Both the position numbers and the translations under genes were made by a program. Positions 13,257 to 26,352 of a stretch of DNA of 64,000 bases are shown piece by piece (the stretch's first letter is position 1; every line of letters begins with the position of its first letter). The notes under the pieces are model-generated. The model saw only the letters and a program-made list of their open reading frames with translations. It was not told the origin of the DNA and made no database searches. The DNA lies in assembly GCF_006345805.1 (NCBI RefSeq), contig NC_042999.1:14570001-14634000 (forward strand). The letters run 5' to 3'. This DNA comes from Octopus sinensis (Eukaryota).

Positions 13257-13400
13257 CATCATCATTATTATTGTTATTAAAAGTGGAATTAGTTACTAAC
13301 AACAAGAGAGAGTTTTACTCTTTTTGTAAGTTAGTAAAAGATAAATAATGATAATAATAAAATAATAATAATAATAATAATAATGATAAAACAAAATGTA
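13074..13400. repeat. (ATT)n/(GTT)n/(AAT)n trinucleotide microsatellite region
   Basis: Direct observation; source of the poly-I and poly-L ORFs. Confidence 0.95.
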
Positions 13401-13957
13401 AATACACGATTAAATAAATAAAATATATAAGTAAGTAAATAAATAAAATTAAGATCAGTTTGATAAAAGAGAAGCTTCTGAAAGGAAATAGTATTTCTCG
13501 GCTTGCTTTGTAAATTGTAAATCCCTGACAGCTGAAATTTTGCTCTTCATATAGGAAAATGAAGAGAAAAAGAAAATTTATCTATGAAAACAAAAACTAA
13601 TAAAAAAGTGAAAAATGGAAAAAACAACCCCAAAAAACCTATAGGAATAAGTCGAAAGAAGTATACTTTGTACAATGCTTGTTATTGCTGTTTATGTAAA
13701 CTCAACTGTGGTGGGCATCAGAGCTTCTAACCAACCACAATATGTTACGAAATGTGTGCGTGCATATACACACATATATATATTTCTGGAATTTGCTAGT
13801 GTTTTTAAAAAGCACAATGAAAAGAAAGGCAATGAAAAGAAGAATTTTGTTTTCAGAAATAATAAACTCATTATCTTTTGCTTCTTATTATAATTTTATT
13901 TTTATATATATTTCATTATTTCGTAATATTTATCTGTCTATTCAATTTATTTTACTG

Positions 13958-14208
13958 ATATGAATTCCAGCTTGGAAGGCGGGTACACAGAGCTAGGGTT
14001 AGGCTAGGCTATGTTAGGCCATCACTGATTGCGTAAAGATCTCAGGGGTCTCTCCTTCTCAAAAGAAATTCCAAGAGCTGTTTCTATTTTATCAATATGA
14101 ATTCCAGCTAGGCAAGACTAGGTTTGGCTATGTTATGCTAGGCCATGACTGACTGCTTAAAACCTCATGGGGCTTCCCTTCTTGAAAGAAACTCCAAAGC
14201 TGTTTCTA
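13958..14208. repeat. Diverged tandem duplication, period 137 bp, with TAGGC/TTAGG-like pentamers
   Basis: ATATGAATTCCAGCT...TAGGCCAT.ACTGA.TGC...AAAGAAA.TCCAA.AGCTGTTTCTA starts at 13958 and 14095. Confidence 0.8.
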
Positions 14209-14227
14209 CACAGTTGTTCTTCTTCCA

Positions 14228-14510
14228 ATCATCATCATCATCATCGTTTAGCATCCGCTTTCCATGCTAGCATGGGTTGGACGGTTCAACTGGGGGTCTG
14301 GGAAGCCAGAAGGCTGCACCAGGCCCAGTTTGATCTGGCAATGTTTCTACGGCTGGATGCCCTTCCTATCGCCAACCACTCCATGAGTGTAGTGGGTGCT
14401 TTTTACGTGCCACCTGCACAGGTACCAGACGAGTCTGGCAAACGGCCACGATCGGATGGTGCTTTTTACGTGCCACCGACACGGGGGCCAGGCGAGGCTG
14501 GCAATGGCCA
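14228..14510 (-). mobile_element. Family C fragment, CpG-rich (young)
   Basis: Close match to the reverse complement of 31430-31678. Confidence 0.85.
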
Positions 14511-15375
14511 CATAGCTTCACATATCAAGTTCTATCTCTACACTTTTCACATTCAGATGGAATGGTCATGGCTGGAATGCCTTTTATCATTTGTTTGCTC
14601 TATGAGAGAGCATCAGTGAACAGTAATGACAGCAACAAAATCAAGAACTATCCCCGGGGAGTATAGATTAAATTCATTTCAGATTGCTGATCCCCAGAGA
14701 GAAAGACATTTGGGAAATGTTGAGTCACCAGCCATGTCTAGGTGTGGAATATCTAAATCAAGATCATATATATTTTATGTCCTGTGGGAAATGAAATAGT
14801 TTCAGGGTGACTGGGGGCTAAACAACAACAAATGTTACAAAAGCTTTCTTTCATTCACACACACACACACATTTGGAGTGTTGTATCAATCTAGTATACA
14901 CTGAACATAGTCATTGATCAATATAATGTAAGCAGAGGCAAATGCTATCTTTTTTACTCTTTTGCTCTTTTACTTATTTGTCATTTGACTGTGGCCATGC
15001 TGGAGCACCGCCTTTAGTCGAGCAAATCGACCCCAGGACTTATTCTTTGTAAGCCTAGTACTTATTCTATCAGTCTCTTTTTGCTGAACTGCTAAGTTAC
15101 GGGGACATAAACACACCAGCATTGATTGTCAAGCGATGTTGGGGGGACTGACATTACAACTTTAGTCAACACATAAGACAGCTATTATGCTTTCTCCCCA
15201 CAAAAAACTACCACGTGGATTCTGTTGAGACTAGTAAGAAACAATTATGAACTTTTTTATTACACTTAACTTTTTCAAATATTTTTCATATAGTTTGTTT
15301 TTTTCAAGAAGAACCGAAACATGTAAAATTTCTAAGAAAATTAAAATTTATCTTGTATAGTGGCATTTTCAAACT

Positions 15376-15407
<32 letters not shown>

Positions 15408-15515
15408 CTATATATATATATATATATATTAATAATAAAATATTAGGGAATAAATCCAAACTTACAGGGAAAAATCAGATTTAGGATTAAATCCAATTTT
15501 ATAGTATAAATACAT

Positions 15516-15688
15516 TATATTATATTAAATTAGAGATAAAACCACTATTAGGCAAATCAACAATGAAAAACATAAGCCAATACATAAAATTAATTTAATT
15601 TATATTATTTTAAATATATATCAAAAGTATTAAAAGTTTATGTTTTTCATTGTTTGATTTGCCTAATAGTGGTTTTATCTCTAATTTA

Positions 15689-15698
<10 letters not shown>
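15516..15698. repeat. Inverted repeat, ~60-bp arms, 62-bp spacer
   Basis: TATATTATATTAAATTAGAGATAAAACCACTATTAGGCAAATCAACAATGAAAAACATAA (15516-15575) and its reverse complement (15638-15698) differ by one indel. Confidence 0.9.
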
Positions 15699-15741
<43 letters not shown>

Positions 15742-15898
15742 AAGATAAACACAAATTTTTATTATAGTTCCTATGTGCATTTACCCATTATGGTTGTTTG
15801 GAGTCCAGCAATAGGTGTTCCAAGTGCACTTAAGTGCTTAACTGCAATAAATCATCAGAGAACACTTTATTGCATCAAGTTACAGATAACTATATATA

Positions 15899-15941
<43 letters not shown>

Positions 15942-16448
15942 TATATAAGTGGAGCCTGGTGCAGCCATCTGGTTCGCCAGTCCTCAGTCAAATCGTCCAA
16001 CCCATGCTAGCATGGAAGGCAGACGTTAAATGATGATGGTGATGATGATGATATGTGTGTGTGTAGGAAAAATAAGGATAAGCACAAATTTATATTATGT
16101 GTTTATTCTTATTTCTCCTACATTTGCTCTCATCATAACTAATGATACTACTCAGTATAGAAGTTACTTAACAGTTACAGAAAGCAGACTGGATTATGAA
16201 AATCTATGTGGAGCTCTAAACATAACAGTTGCAATAAAACATCTACTTGTACACATAACTTCTAGTTTATATATATGTATGTATATTCTAGGCATAACTG
16301 TTTGGTTAAGAAGTTCACTTACTTATGTGGTTTACTTATGTGGTTTTGGGTTCAGTCCCACTGTGTGGTAATTTGGATAAGTGTTTTCAGCTATAGTCCC
16401 AGGTCAGCCAAAGCCTTATGAGTGAATTTGGCAGCTGGTGACTAAAAG

Positions 16449-16865
16449 GTGGCGATCTGGCAGAAACGTTAGCATGCAGGGTGAAATGCTTAGTGGTATT
16501 TCATCTGCTGTTACGTTCTGAGTTGAAATTCCACCGAGGTTGACTTTACCTTTCATCCTTTTGGGGTTGATAAATTAAGTACCAGTTACGCACTGGGTTC
16601 TATATAATCAGCTTAATCCATTTGTCTGTCCTTGTTTGTCCCCTCTGTGTTTAGCCCCTTGTGGGTAATAAAGAAATAGGTATTTCATCTACCATTACGT
16701 TCTGAGTTCAAATTCCGCCGAGGTCATCTTTGCCTTTCATCCTTTCGGGGTGGATAAATTAAGTACCAGTTATGCACTGGGGTCGATGTAATCGACTTAA
16801 TCCCTATGCCTGTCCTTGTTTGTCCCCTCTATGTTTAGCCCCTTGTGGGCAGTAAAGAAATAAGA
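16449..16865 (+). mobile_element. Family B SINE dimer inserted into a family A head, with TSD
   Basis: TGGTGACTAAAAG flanks the insertion (16436-16448 and 16866-16878); two B bodies in tandem. Confidence 0.85.
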
Positions 16866-18149
16866 TGGTGACTAAAAGAAGACCATCATATATGTGTTGT
16901 GTGTGCTAGTGTGTATTTACATTTGTGCTTCTCTGAATATCCCAAGCTACAAGCTGTAATGTTATTTCTCTTGTCAACAAATCATCAACTTGCTTTGTAT
17001 CTTCAAAGACACATGAAATAAGCAACCAGTTACTTGAAAAACATGCAAGGGTTAGCTACAGGAAGTGCATCTTAGTATTATACTCACTTAACCCAGCTAG
17101 CATGAGAAAGCAAACATAAATCAAACTATAACAGGGTATGATTTGAGGGAGATTTGGCTTCTATTCCAAGCAGCTTGAGCAACCACCATATCGAAGCTTC
17201 TTTTTTACATTGAATTCATAACAAGTTCACATGTATTAAGAGTTAAGTTGTCAACACCATTGACTTGACTTTGTAGCAGCAAAAAAAATACTATCACCAA
17301 CTACTACCATCACGTGGAAACTGAAGTGGTTAGACAGCAGAAAATTGGCCAACACAGTGAGAGGCTGGCAACTGAATTTTTACTCAGAAAATAATGATGG
17401 CAGCCAATCATACCATCACCACCTCCACTGCCAACAGTTGCATAACTCCTTCTGAAGTCAAGCGGAGAAAACAGCAGCATCTAGCCAGTTTCTAGCATGT
17501 TGCTTGGTTGTTATTTTAGCGTCATAGAGATACTGATCAAGTGGCTGATAAGGGAGGCTGTGCGTGAAAAGCAACCATAGTTACTGGAATTGGTAAACTA
17601 GTGACGCTCTGCTTCCGTCATGGATTTCATGGGAAATATAAACAAATGTGATATATGCTGCTGTGTCAAAGGTTATCATTTTAGGCAGTGGGCTTTCTCT
17701 GTGTGTATGTGCATGTGTGCATGCATTTATATCTGGATTTAATGAATGGAAAAAAGAACAGAAGTTTTATAATCATCTTTCTTAACTTACAGTAGTTTCT
17801 GCTGTAAGAAGCAATGCACTTAGAGGTATTCATACAACAGCCTACAGCTTTTTCAGAGCTATTAAAATGTTTTTCTATCTTTCATTAATTAATATTATGC
17901 TCAGTTCTGTCCTGACCTTTAACTATAAAGAATAAGCATATTGAGTTCTGACAACTGGTTATTAGTACCTTCAGAAGCAAAATCATATATATATATATAT
18001 ATATGAGAAAAGTACTGTTGATGTGTGAGGTGAAGTTTGGCAATCAAGCATCGAATCCACACTATGCCTGCATGAAGCCACTACAAATACGTTGTGGAAT
18101 AAAAAATTTATCTACTGTCATGGAAAAAGTGTAACTGTAAAATGCAGAA

Positions 18150-18150
18150 T

Positions 18151-18249
<99 letters not shown>

Positions 18250-18275
18250 ATGTGTGTGTGGTGTGTGTGTGTGTA

Positions 18276-18318
<43 letters not shown>

Positions 18319-18340
18319 ATGTGTGGTGTGTGTGTATGTG

Positions 18341-18381
<41 letters not shown>

Positions 18382-18430
18382 ATATATGTGTGTATATATA
18401 TATATATGTATGTGTATACACACACACATG
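18150..18430. repeat. (AT)n then (GT)n/(GTAT) compound microsatellite
   Basis: Direct observation; source of the CVCV and HTHT ORFs. Confidence 0.95.
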
Positions 18431-19049
18431 CATATGCACACTCAATTGCTGAAAACAACATATATGGATATTTGAATTTGCAGAACTAGACAACCCAATG
18501 AATTCATTCAGTTATAGATACAAATATAATAATATCAGATGCCATTTTAGGAACAACAGTGGTGGCAGCATAGAAATATAGGGTGGGAGGGTTATGGGTG
18601 GATATTTGCTATTGATTGGTGAAGGTTATTTTCTTAAAGCAACTCATTAATTCATCAGAAGACTAATTATTTTATTTCATTGTTTCATTATTTTTCCTGA
18701 TTACATTATTCAATAGACTTCCTTTCAAGTAAATTCAGTTTACTCTATGAGATTTCACTACCATGCTGTGTATGTAGATGAGAAGAAACGTATGCCTCTT
18801 TCTCTTTCACTCTCTCTCTCTCTCTTTTACTCTCTTTTACTCTCTCACTATCTCTCTCTTTAACTATCTTTCTCTCTGTATGTTGCCATGAAAGAAGGGA
18901 AAAAATGCAAAACTCTGACTAGTGACTGTATCATATCTCAGATTTTATTGCATATGCATAAGGTAAGATGGCCAAGAAGAATATACAAATGAGTCTCAGT
19001 AGGTGATGTCAGTATATACATGTGTGTGTATGTGTCATCATACGTGTGT

Positions 19050-21990
19050 GTTGTGTGTATATCATTATCATTGGCGCCATCAAACGTCTGTTGTCCATAC
19101 TGACACGGGTTGGTTGGTTTGACTAAAGCTGATAAGCTAGGAAACCGCACCAGAATCCAGTCTGATTTGGCTTGGTTTCTATGGCTGGATGCCTTTTACA
19201 GAGTGTATTGGGTGCTTTGACTTATCAAAGCACATGCTCTTTTACATGGCACCACCATAATTACTTTACACCATCAGAGGGACCAATCTTAATGCTTCTG
19301 CTGTGGAGTATGGGTTTTTTTGAGTACAGCGAGGCACCGGGTATCTCTCTCCTTTGTCATCTTGTCTGAAAGATTCAGCATCCTGAGGTCATTCTTCAAT
19401 ACTCCAACCCATGTCTTCCTGGGTCTCCCACTTTCACATTTTCCATCCACTTTGTGAGATCATCTGAGATCACCACTTCTTTACAGTGTTGTCAGCATCC
19501 GTCTGCATAGCATGACCAAACCAACGTAGTCTTCTCTCTTGCAGATTGCAACCAATTCCTCTTATGCCTAACTTCTCTCTCAAAACATTAGCACTCTGTT
19601 GAACATGCACACTTACATTACTTCCAATGGTATATGCACACACACATGTGTGTGTCTGTGCATATATATTAATGTAGCAGTCACCATGATAGATTGTTAG
19701 CCACTACACACATTTTTTTTTCTCTCCTTGTTTTTTCTGTGTCCCTTTCTGTAGAAGGGCATAGGCTCGAAACGTGAAAGACTTTTTCTATTCTTGATCG
19801 TTATACTAATACATCTGTTTGTTTTGTACACCATCTGTCTTCGTCTTTTGTTTTTTTCATAAACTCTCCTTATATATGAATGTATGTGTGTGCGTGTGTA
19901 TATATATATGTATATATGTTTATATATATATATATAGTAGATAGACAGACAGACAGACAGATAGATAGAAAGAAAGAAAGAAGCAGCCTTCAACTTTCTC
20001 TATCCAGAGATTTTTTTTTGTAACTCAATATTTGGACACTATTATTTATAGTTTTGTTCTTTGAATTCAACTATTTCAAAAATGAATTATTATATATATA
20101 TATATGAAGTGGAATGCTCTCCACCTCATCCTATGTATGAGACCACTCATTCTCTATGTGTCCTCCTGTAACTTTAAGGGAAAATTGTGACGAGGACTTG
20201 TATTATAGTTTGAATTTCATTTGGTTGGAATCTAGAGTTGTCTAGGTCACAAAGTACTTACAGAAAGTAAAGTAAAACAGGATAATTTGCTTACACAACT
20301 TTTAGTTATATCATCTTACTACAATTTCAGTTGTTTTAATAGCAGATATAACAATGCCATCATCTGCTCTGCATGAAAACTAAGATTGCTGAGAACTATG
20401 CAGTCTCTGAAGATTTGACAATGCATGTAAGATGATGATGTAAATGAATATTATATAAACAAACTTTCCAGTAGCATGCCACCTAGCTGGCCACTGCATA
20501 CAAGCTGTGTGTGTGTGTGGTGTGTGTGTATATCATTATCATTGGCGCCATCAAACGTCTGTTGTCCATACTGACACGGGTTGGTTGGTTTGACTAAAGC
20601 TGATAAGCTAGGAAACCGCACCAGAATCCAGTCTGATTTGGCTTGGTTTCTATGGCTGGATGCCTTTTACAGAGTGTATTGGGTGCTTTGACTTATCAAA
20701 GCACATGCTCTTTTACATGGCACCACCATAATTACTTTACACCATCAGAGGGACCAATCTTAATGCTTCTGCTGTGGAGTATGGGTTTTTTGAGTACAGC
20801 GAGGCACCGGGTATCTCTGTCCTTTGTCATCTTGTCTGAAAGATTCAGCATCCTGAGGTCATTCTTCAATACTCCAACCCATGTCTTCCTGGGTCTCCCA
20901 CTTTCACATTTTCCATCCACTTTGTGAGATCATCTGAGATCACCACTTCTTTACAGTGTTGTCAGCATCCGTCTGCATAGCATGACCAAACCAACGTAGT
21001 CTTCTCTCTTGCAGATTGCAACCAATTCCTCTTATGCCTAACTTCTCTCTCAAAACATTAGCACTCTGTTGAACATGCACACTTACATTACTTCCAATGG
21101 TATATGCACACACACATGTGTGTGTCTGTGCATATATATTAATGTAGCAGTCACCATGATAGATTGTTAGCCACTACACACATTTTTTTTCTCTCCTTGT
21201 TTTTTCTGTGTCCCTTTCTGTAGAAGGGCATAGGCTCGAAACGTGAAAGACTTTTTCTATTCTTGATCGTTATACTAATACATCTGTTTGTTTTGTACAC
21301 CATCTGTCTTCGTCTTTTGTTTTTTTCGTAAACTCTCCTTATATATGAATGTATGTGTGTGCGTGTGTATATATATATGTATATATGTTTATATATATAT
21401 ATAGTAGATAGACAGACAGACAGACAGATAGATAGAAAGAAAGAAAGAAGCAGCCTTCAACTTTCTCTATCCAGAGATTTTTTTTTGTAACTCAATATTT
21501 GGACACTATTATTTATAGTTTTGTTCTTTGAATTCAACTATTTCAAAAATGAATTATTATATATATATATATGAAGTGGAATGCTCTCCACCTCATCCTA
21601 TGTATGAGACCACTCATTCTCTATGTGTCCTCCTGTAACTTTAAGGGAAAATTGTGACGAGGACTTGTATTATAGTTTGAATTTCATTTGGTTGGAATCT
21701 AGAGTTGTCTAGGTCACAAAGTACTTACAGAAAGTAAAGTAAAACAGGATAATTTGCTTACACAACTTTTAGTTATATCATCTTACTACAATTTCAGTTG
21801 TTTTAATAGCAGATATAACAATGCCATCATCTGCTCTGCATGAAAACTAAAGATTGCTGAGAACTATGCAGTCTCTGAAGATTTGACAATGCATGTAAGA
21901 TGATGATGTAAATGAATATTATATAAACAAACTTTCCAGTAGCATGCCACCTAGCTGGCCACTGCATACAAGCTGTGTGTGTGTGTGTGT
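19050..21990 (+). repeat. Near-identical tandem duplication, unit ~1.47 kb
   Basis: ATCATTATCATTGGCGCCAT at 19061 and 20532; CAAGCTGTGT at 20501 and 21969; only a few substitutions and short indels; junctions lie in (GT)n. Confidence 0.95.
19061..19620 (-). mobile_element. Decayed RTE LINE 3' end (duplicated at 20532-21090)
   Basis: Minus strand gives RLRWFGHAM and, after a frameshift, GKCESGRPRKTWVGVLKNDLRMLNLSDKMTKDRDT, homologous to the C-terminus of the ORF at 30444-30860. Confidence 0.75.
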
Positions 21991-23755
21991 GTCTGTAGAT
22001 GTATGTGTGTGCATATATACATATATGTGTTTGTAGGAATAAGCCTCAGTGTGTATGTGTGTCTGTGTGTTGCAATGAAAATCAGGGTTAATGCAAACCT
22101 CTGAGTAGACAATGTCATGTCTTAGATTTTAATATATAAGCATGGAAAAGATAGTGGGCTGACAGAATCGTTAGCACACCAGACAAAGTGCTTGGTGGCA
22201 TTACATGTGTCTTTACTTTCTGAGTTTAAACTCAGCCAAAGTTGACTTTGCTTTTTATTCTTTCTCTACTCAAGCACTGAGGTTGATTTAATTGAATTAC
22301 TCCCCCACCACCTCCTGAAATTGCTGGCTTTTTGCCAACATTTGAAACCAATATATAAGTATTGAAAAACTACTGTGTAGAACATACAAATGAGACACAG
22401 CTGGTGTCACCAGTAGATATTTACTGACTAGGATAGCTGCACATTGTTATATTATATTACAAATGTTGTGTTGAAGAAGTGACTTTGAACATTAGCCCTT
22501 AATAGTACGGTCTCACTGAATGAACCTGACAATCTGGCAATGTTTACTAACAACAACAAATGTAAATGTTGCCTAAATAGGTCTAAGCATGGCTGTGTAG
22601 TGTAGAAGCTTAATTCCAATCACATGGTTTCACTTTCACTTTCAAAGCCACTTTATGGCTTCTTGGGCAATTGTCTTCCCCTGGGTTTACCAATGCCTTC
22701 TGTGGGAAGAAGGAAGTGCACTACATGTATGTATGTATTTATGTATGGACTTGTTAACAGCACAAGCATGTCTATACAATACAAATTTACATTTGCTTCA
22801 TTGATATAATCAGTTTATGGTTTTCTAGATATTTGTTTTTAGTTTGTTTCTTTTTTCTTTTTTCTTTTTTTTCCTTTTCCCAACATCAAAATATGTTTAA
22901 AAAAAAATAGAAAAGAAAAACAGAAACTAACATAGATTTTCATTTAGATAACCTTTCTGAACTGTTTAATCTCTGAACAATTCTTTTTTCCCTCTGCTGC
23001 TAAATATACAGTCTACATTTACTTAGTGGTTCATTCCTCGCTATTTGAGCAAGTCTGGAAAGACCATACTTCACTGAAGATGTCTGAATGAATCTGAAAC
23101 ATGTCTAGAGTTACCTCTTCTGTACTCTACAAGAAAAATGAAAAATAAATTGAAAAAAAAACAATAACTAATGTCTTTTTTCTTCAATGCATATTCATAT
23201 TTTCATAAGTATTTCCTAAATTTTCATCCAGTGTTAAATTTATTAACACTAACCCATCAATTATTTCTCGTGTTGATAAGATTTCAGATTCATTCAATTT
23301 ACAACTAATTCACTTACAATTACTTTCCAATTGTTCTTATTACAACACACATATAACAGTGATATAGCTTTGGTTGTGTGAATGAAATATCTCATTTTTT
23401 TTTTTTACCTTGTGATTCCAGTCCAGCTATTTCAGGTGTTTTATGAGCAGAAATGTATTCCATTCTTTGTTACTCTTGCCTCTCAATCCCATGATCCCTC
23501 TCTCCTACCTATCTTTCTTACCTAACATTCTTCTGCCTCTTTTCTTTCATCATTTATGTCATCTTCCCTCATATAATACCTCCCTCCCTCTCTCTCTCTC
23601 TCCCTTTCTTCCACGTCTGCTCTCCTTCAATTCATCTTCCTTGGATTTACAACTTCAAGACCCATACATATCTTGCATCTATTTTCTTTCCTCCACCTCA
23701 CTCTCTATTTTATATCACATCTAAACTAACAATGACTTAACTTTCCTCTCACACC

Positions 23756-23807
23756 GCCTCTGATGAAGGGATATAATTAATAAATATCCTAGAAACAGCT
23801 GTAAGAC
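23756..23807 (+). ncRNA. Type-I hammerhead-like motif within a PLE-type repeat
   Basis: GCCT-CTGATGA-A-GGGATAT aattaataa ATATCCT-A-GAAAC-AGCT-GT-A-AGAC: 7-bp stem II (one G-U), palindromic ACAGCTGT stem III, stem I GCCT/AGAC with one mismatch. Confidence 0.5.
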
Positions 23808-24539
23808 CTTCTATCTATAAATGCTCTAATATTTATACAGCCTTGGTTTTTTATCTTATTACGCAAAAAATCCTTATACACACACACTGACATAGAACCA
23901 ATGTTGCACCCTTTATTTGCAATATTACCGAATCTGGAACTTAACTATGGTCTGTCTAAAGCACTTATTCAGCATTACCTTTGGGTCTCAATGACACCAT
24001 TCTCTCTCTCTCTCATTCTCGTGTGCCCCCTCACTTCCTCTCTCAATCACTCTTGATCTCTACTTATTCTTTTTCACTCCTCTTCCTCTAATTCCCCTCC
24101 CAGTTGCTACATGTAATAATGTGTAATTGCAACACTACTGCAGACTCTGTGACTCAGAACCCACACAGAGGAGCTGTGGACTTTGTCAGCAACCAGTCTG
24201 AAAGAGCTGCAACTCTGAATGAAGATGTGACACAATGTGGAGAAGACACTTCAGGCCTGAGAGAGAGAGAGAGAGAGAGATGTCTCTGTGTGTGTCTTCA
24301 TGTCTGAGTTTGTCACCTACCGCCATTGCTTCAGAACTGGTGTTAGTTTGTTTACATCCCTGCAACTTAGTGGGTCGGCAAAAGAAACTGACAGAATAAG
24401 TGCTGAACTTCAAAAGAACATAAGAACTGGGGGCAATTTGTTTGACAGAAATCCTATGAGGCAGTGCTCCAGCATGGCCACAGTCAAGTGACTGAAAGAA
24501 GTAAAATCAGACCTTCCCATTTGAATATTTATGGACACA

Positions 24540-24925
24540 GACGTGGCCATGCATTGAGTAGTTTGCTTCCCAACTACATGGTTCCAGGTTCAGTCCCATC
24601 ATGTGGCACCTTGAGCAAGTGTTTTCTACTATTGCCTCAGGTTGACTAAAGCCTTGTGAGTTGATTTGGTTGACGGAAACTGTGTATATATATGTATGTG
24701 TGTGTGTGTGCATCTTTGTATTTCTGTCCCCACCACCACCACCACCAGTTGACAACCAGTATTGGTGTGTTTACATCCCCATAACTTAGCAGTTTGGCAA
24801 AAGAGACCGATAGAATTAGAATAAGTACCAGGTTTTAAAAAATAAGTACTGGGGCTGATTCTTGAAGGTGGTGCCCCAGCATGGCCGCAGTCGAATGACT
24901 GAAACAAGTAAAAGATAAAAGGCAA
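24540..24925 (+). mobile_element. Family A SINE
   Basis: Head, body and tail match 25913-26352. Confidence 0.8.
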
Positions 24926-25912
24926 AAAATATACCCACATACATGCACACACACACACACACACACTCATACTTATACAAAGGATATACAGAAAGAGAAG
25001 ATACACGGATGTACAAAAAAAAGATGAGATGATTATGAATCAAATCTCTTTGATCGTAGGTCTGCTTGATGAGAACTGACCTAGGGCTGAACATCAACAG
25101 GGGTCATTGCAAGAGATGTATTTAAACAAACATCCATACACTTGTATGCACGCACACACTCACTAGCACACACACTCTCCCTCTCTCTCACATGCACACA
25201 CACACACACACACACATCCCTAATATCAGAAATTATGAAAATGACAATGCAAAGGATGAAAAAAGGAAAAAAATGCTTGAATTCTCTTGAATGAAATAGT
25301 AGCAAGCCTACCTTGAACAATAGACTAAATGTTACTGAAAAGTCATTGAATAATTTCTTAAAATATCCTTTGTCAGTGTAGAATTCTTTTGAAAATATTA
25401 AAAATAGGAAATATATATTGACTAGCCTACCACATGTGACATCAGAAATTACGACTATTTAAAAATATTCTTTTATTGAATTTTCTTCGCACAAAGAACT
25501 GATTTTTCTCTCATTTTTCTTGGGTGTGTGTTTGGACTTTTTAAATTTTAAAATATTAACAATAGACTGAACTAATGATTAGAAAAAAAAAAACAAAAAA
25601 AAAAAGGTAGACCAGTATTTTATGAAAGAAGTTTCCTTCCTAGAGTCTGCAGACCCACTGAAGGTTCACAAAGTTCACATTGGAGGTCTGTGAGCTGTGC
25701 TCAAAATTTTTTAAGGATACTATATAAAGTATGAAGAGTGGCTGTGTGGTAAGTAGCCTTCATACCAACCACATGGTTCTGGGTTCGTGGCACCTTGGGT
25801 AAGTGTCTTCTTACAAGCTTCTTGCAAGAAATAGCAGCCAGCAGCTAAATTGCTTTCAAATCATACATTACTATTTTTAAAGATAACCGAATATTCAAGA
25901 ATATTCAAGATA

Positions 25913-26094
25913 TAGGCGCAGGAGTGGCTATAGGCGCAGGAGTGGCTGTGTGGTAAGTAGCTTGCTGACCAACCACATGGTTCCGGGTTCAGTCCCACTG
26001 CGTGGCATCTTGGGCAAGTGTCTTCTGCTATAGCACCGGGCCGACCAATGCCTTGTGAGTGGATTTGGTAGACGGAAACTGAAAGAAGCCTGTC

Positions 26095-26132
<38 letters not shown>

Positions 26133-26352
26133 CTGTGTGTGTGTTTGTGTGTCTGTGTTTGTCCCCCTAGCATTGCTTGACAACCGATGCTGATGTGTTT
26201 ATGTCCCCGTCACTTAGCAGTTCGGCAAAAGAGACCGATAGAATAAGTACTGGGCTTACAAAGAATAAGTCCTGGGGTCGATTTGCTCGACTAAAAAGGC
26301 AGTGCTCCAGCATGGCCGCAGTCAAATGACTGAAACAAGTAAAAGAGTAAAA
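25913..26352 (+). mobile_element. Family A SINE, well-preserved full-length copy
   Basis: TAGGCGCAGGAGTGGCT (doubled) GTGTGGTAAG A box, GGGTTCAGTCCC B box, AAGTAAAAGAGTAAAAGAG tail; CpGs retained. Confidence 0.9.
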
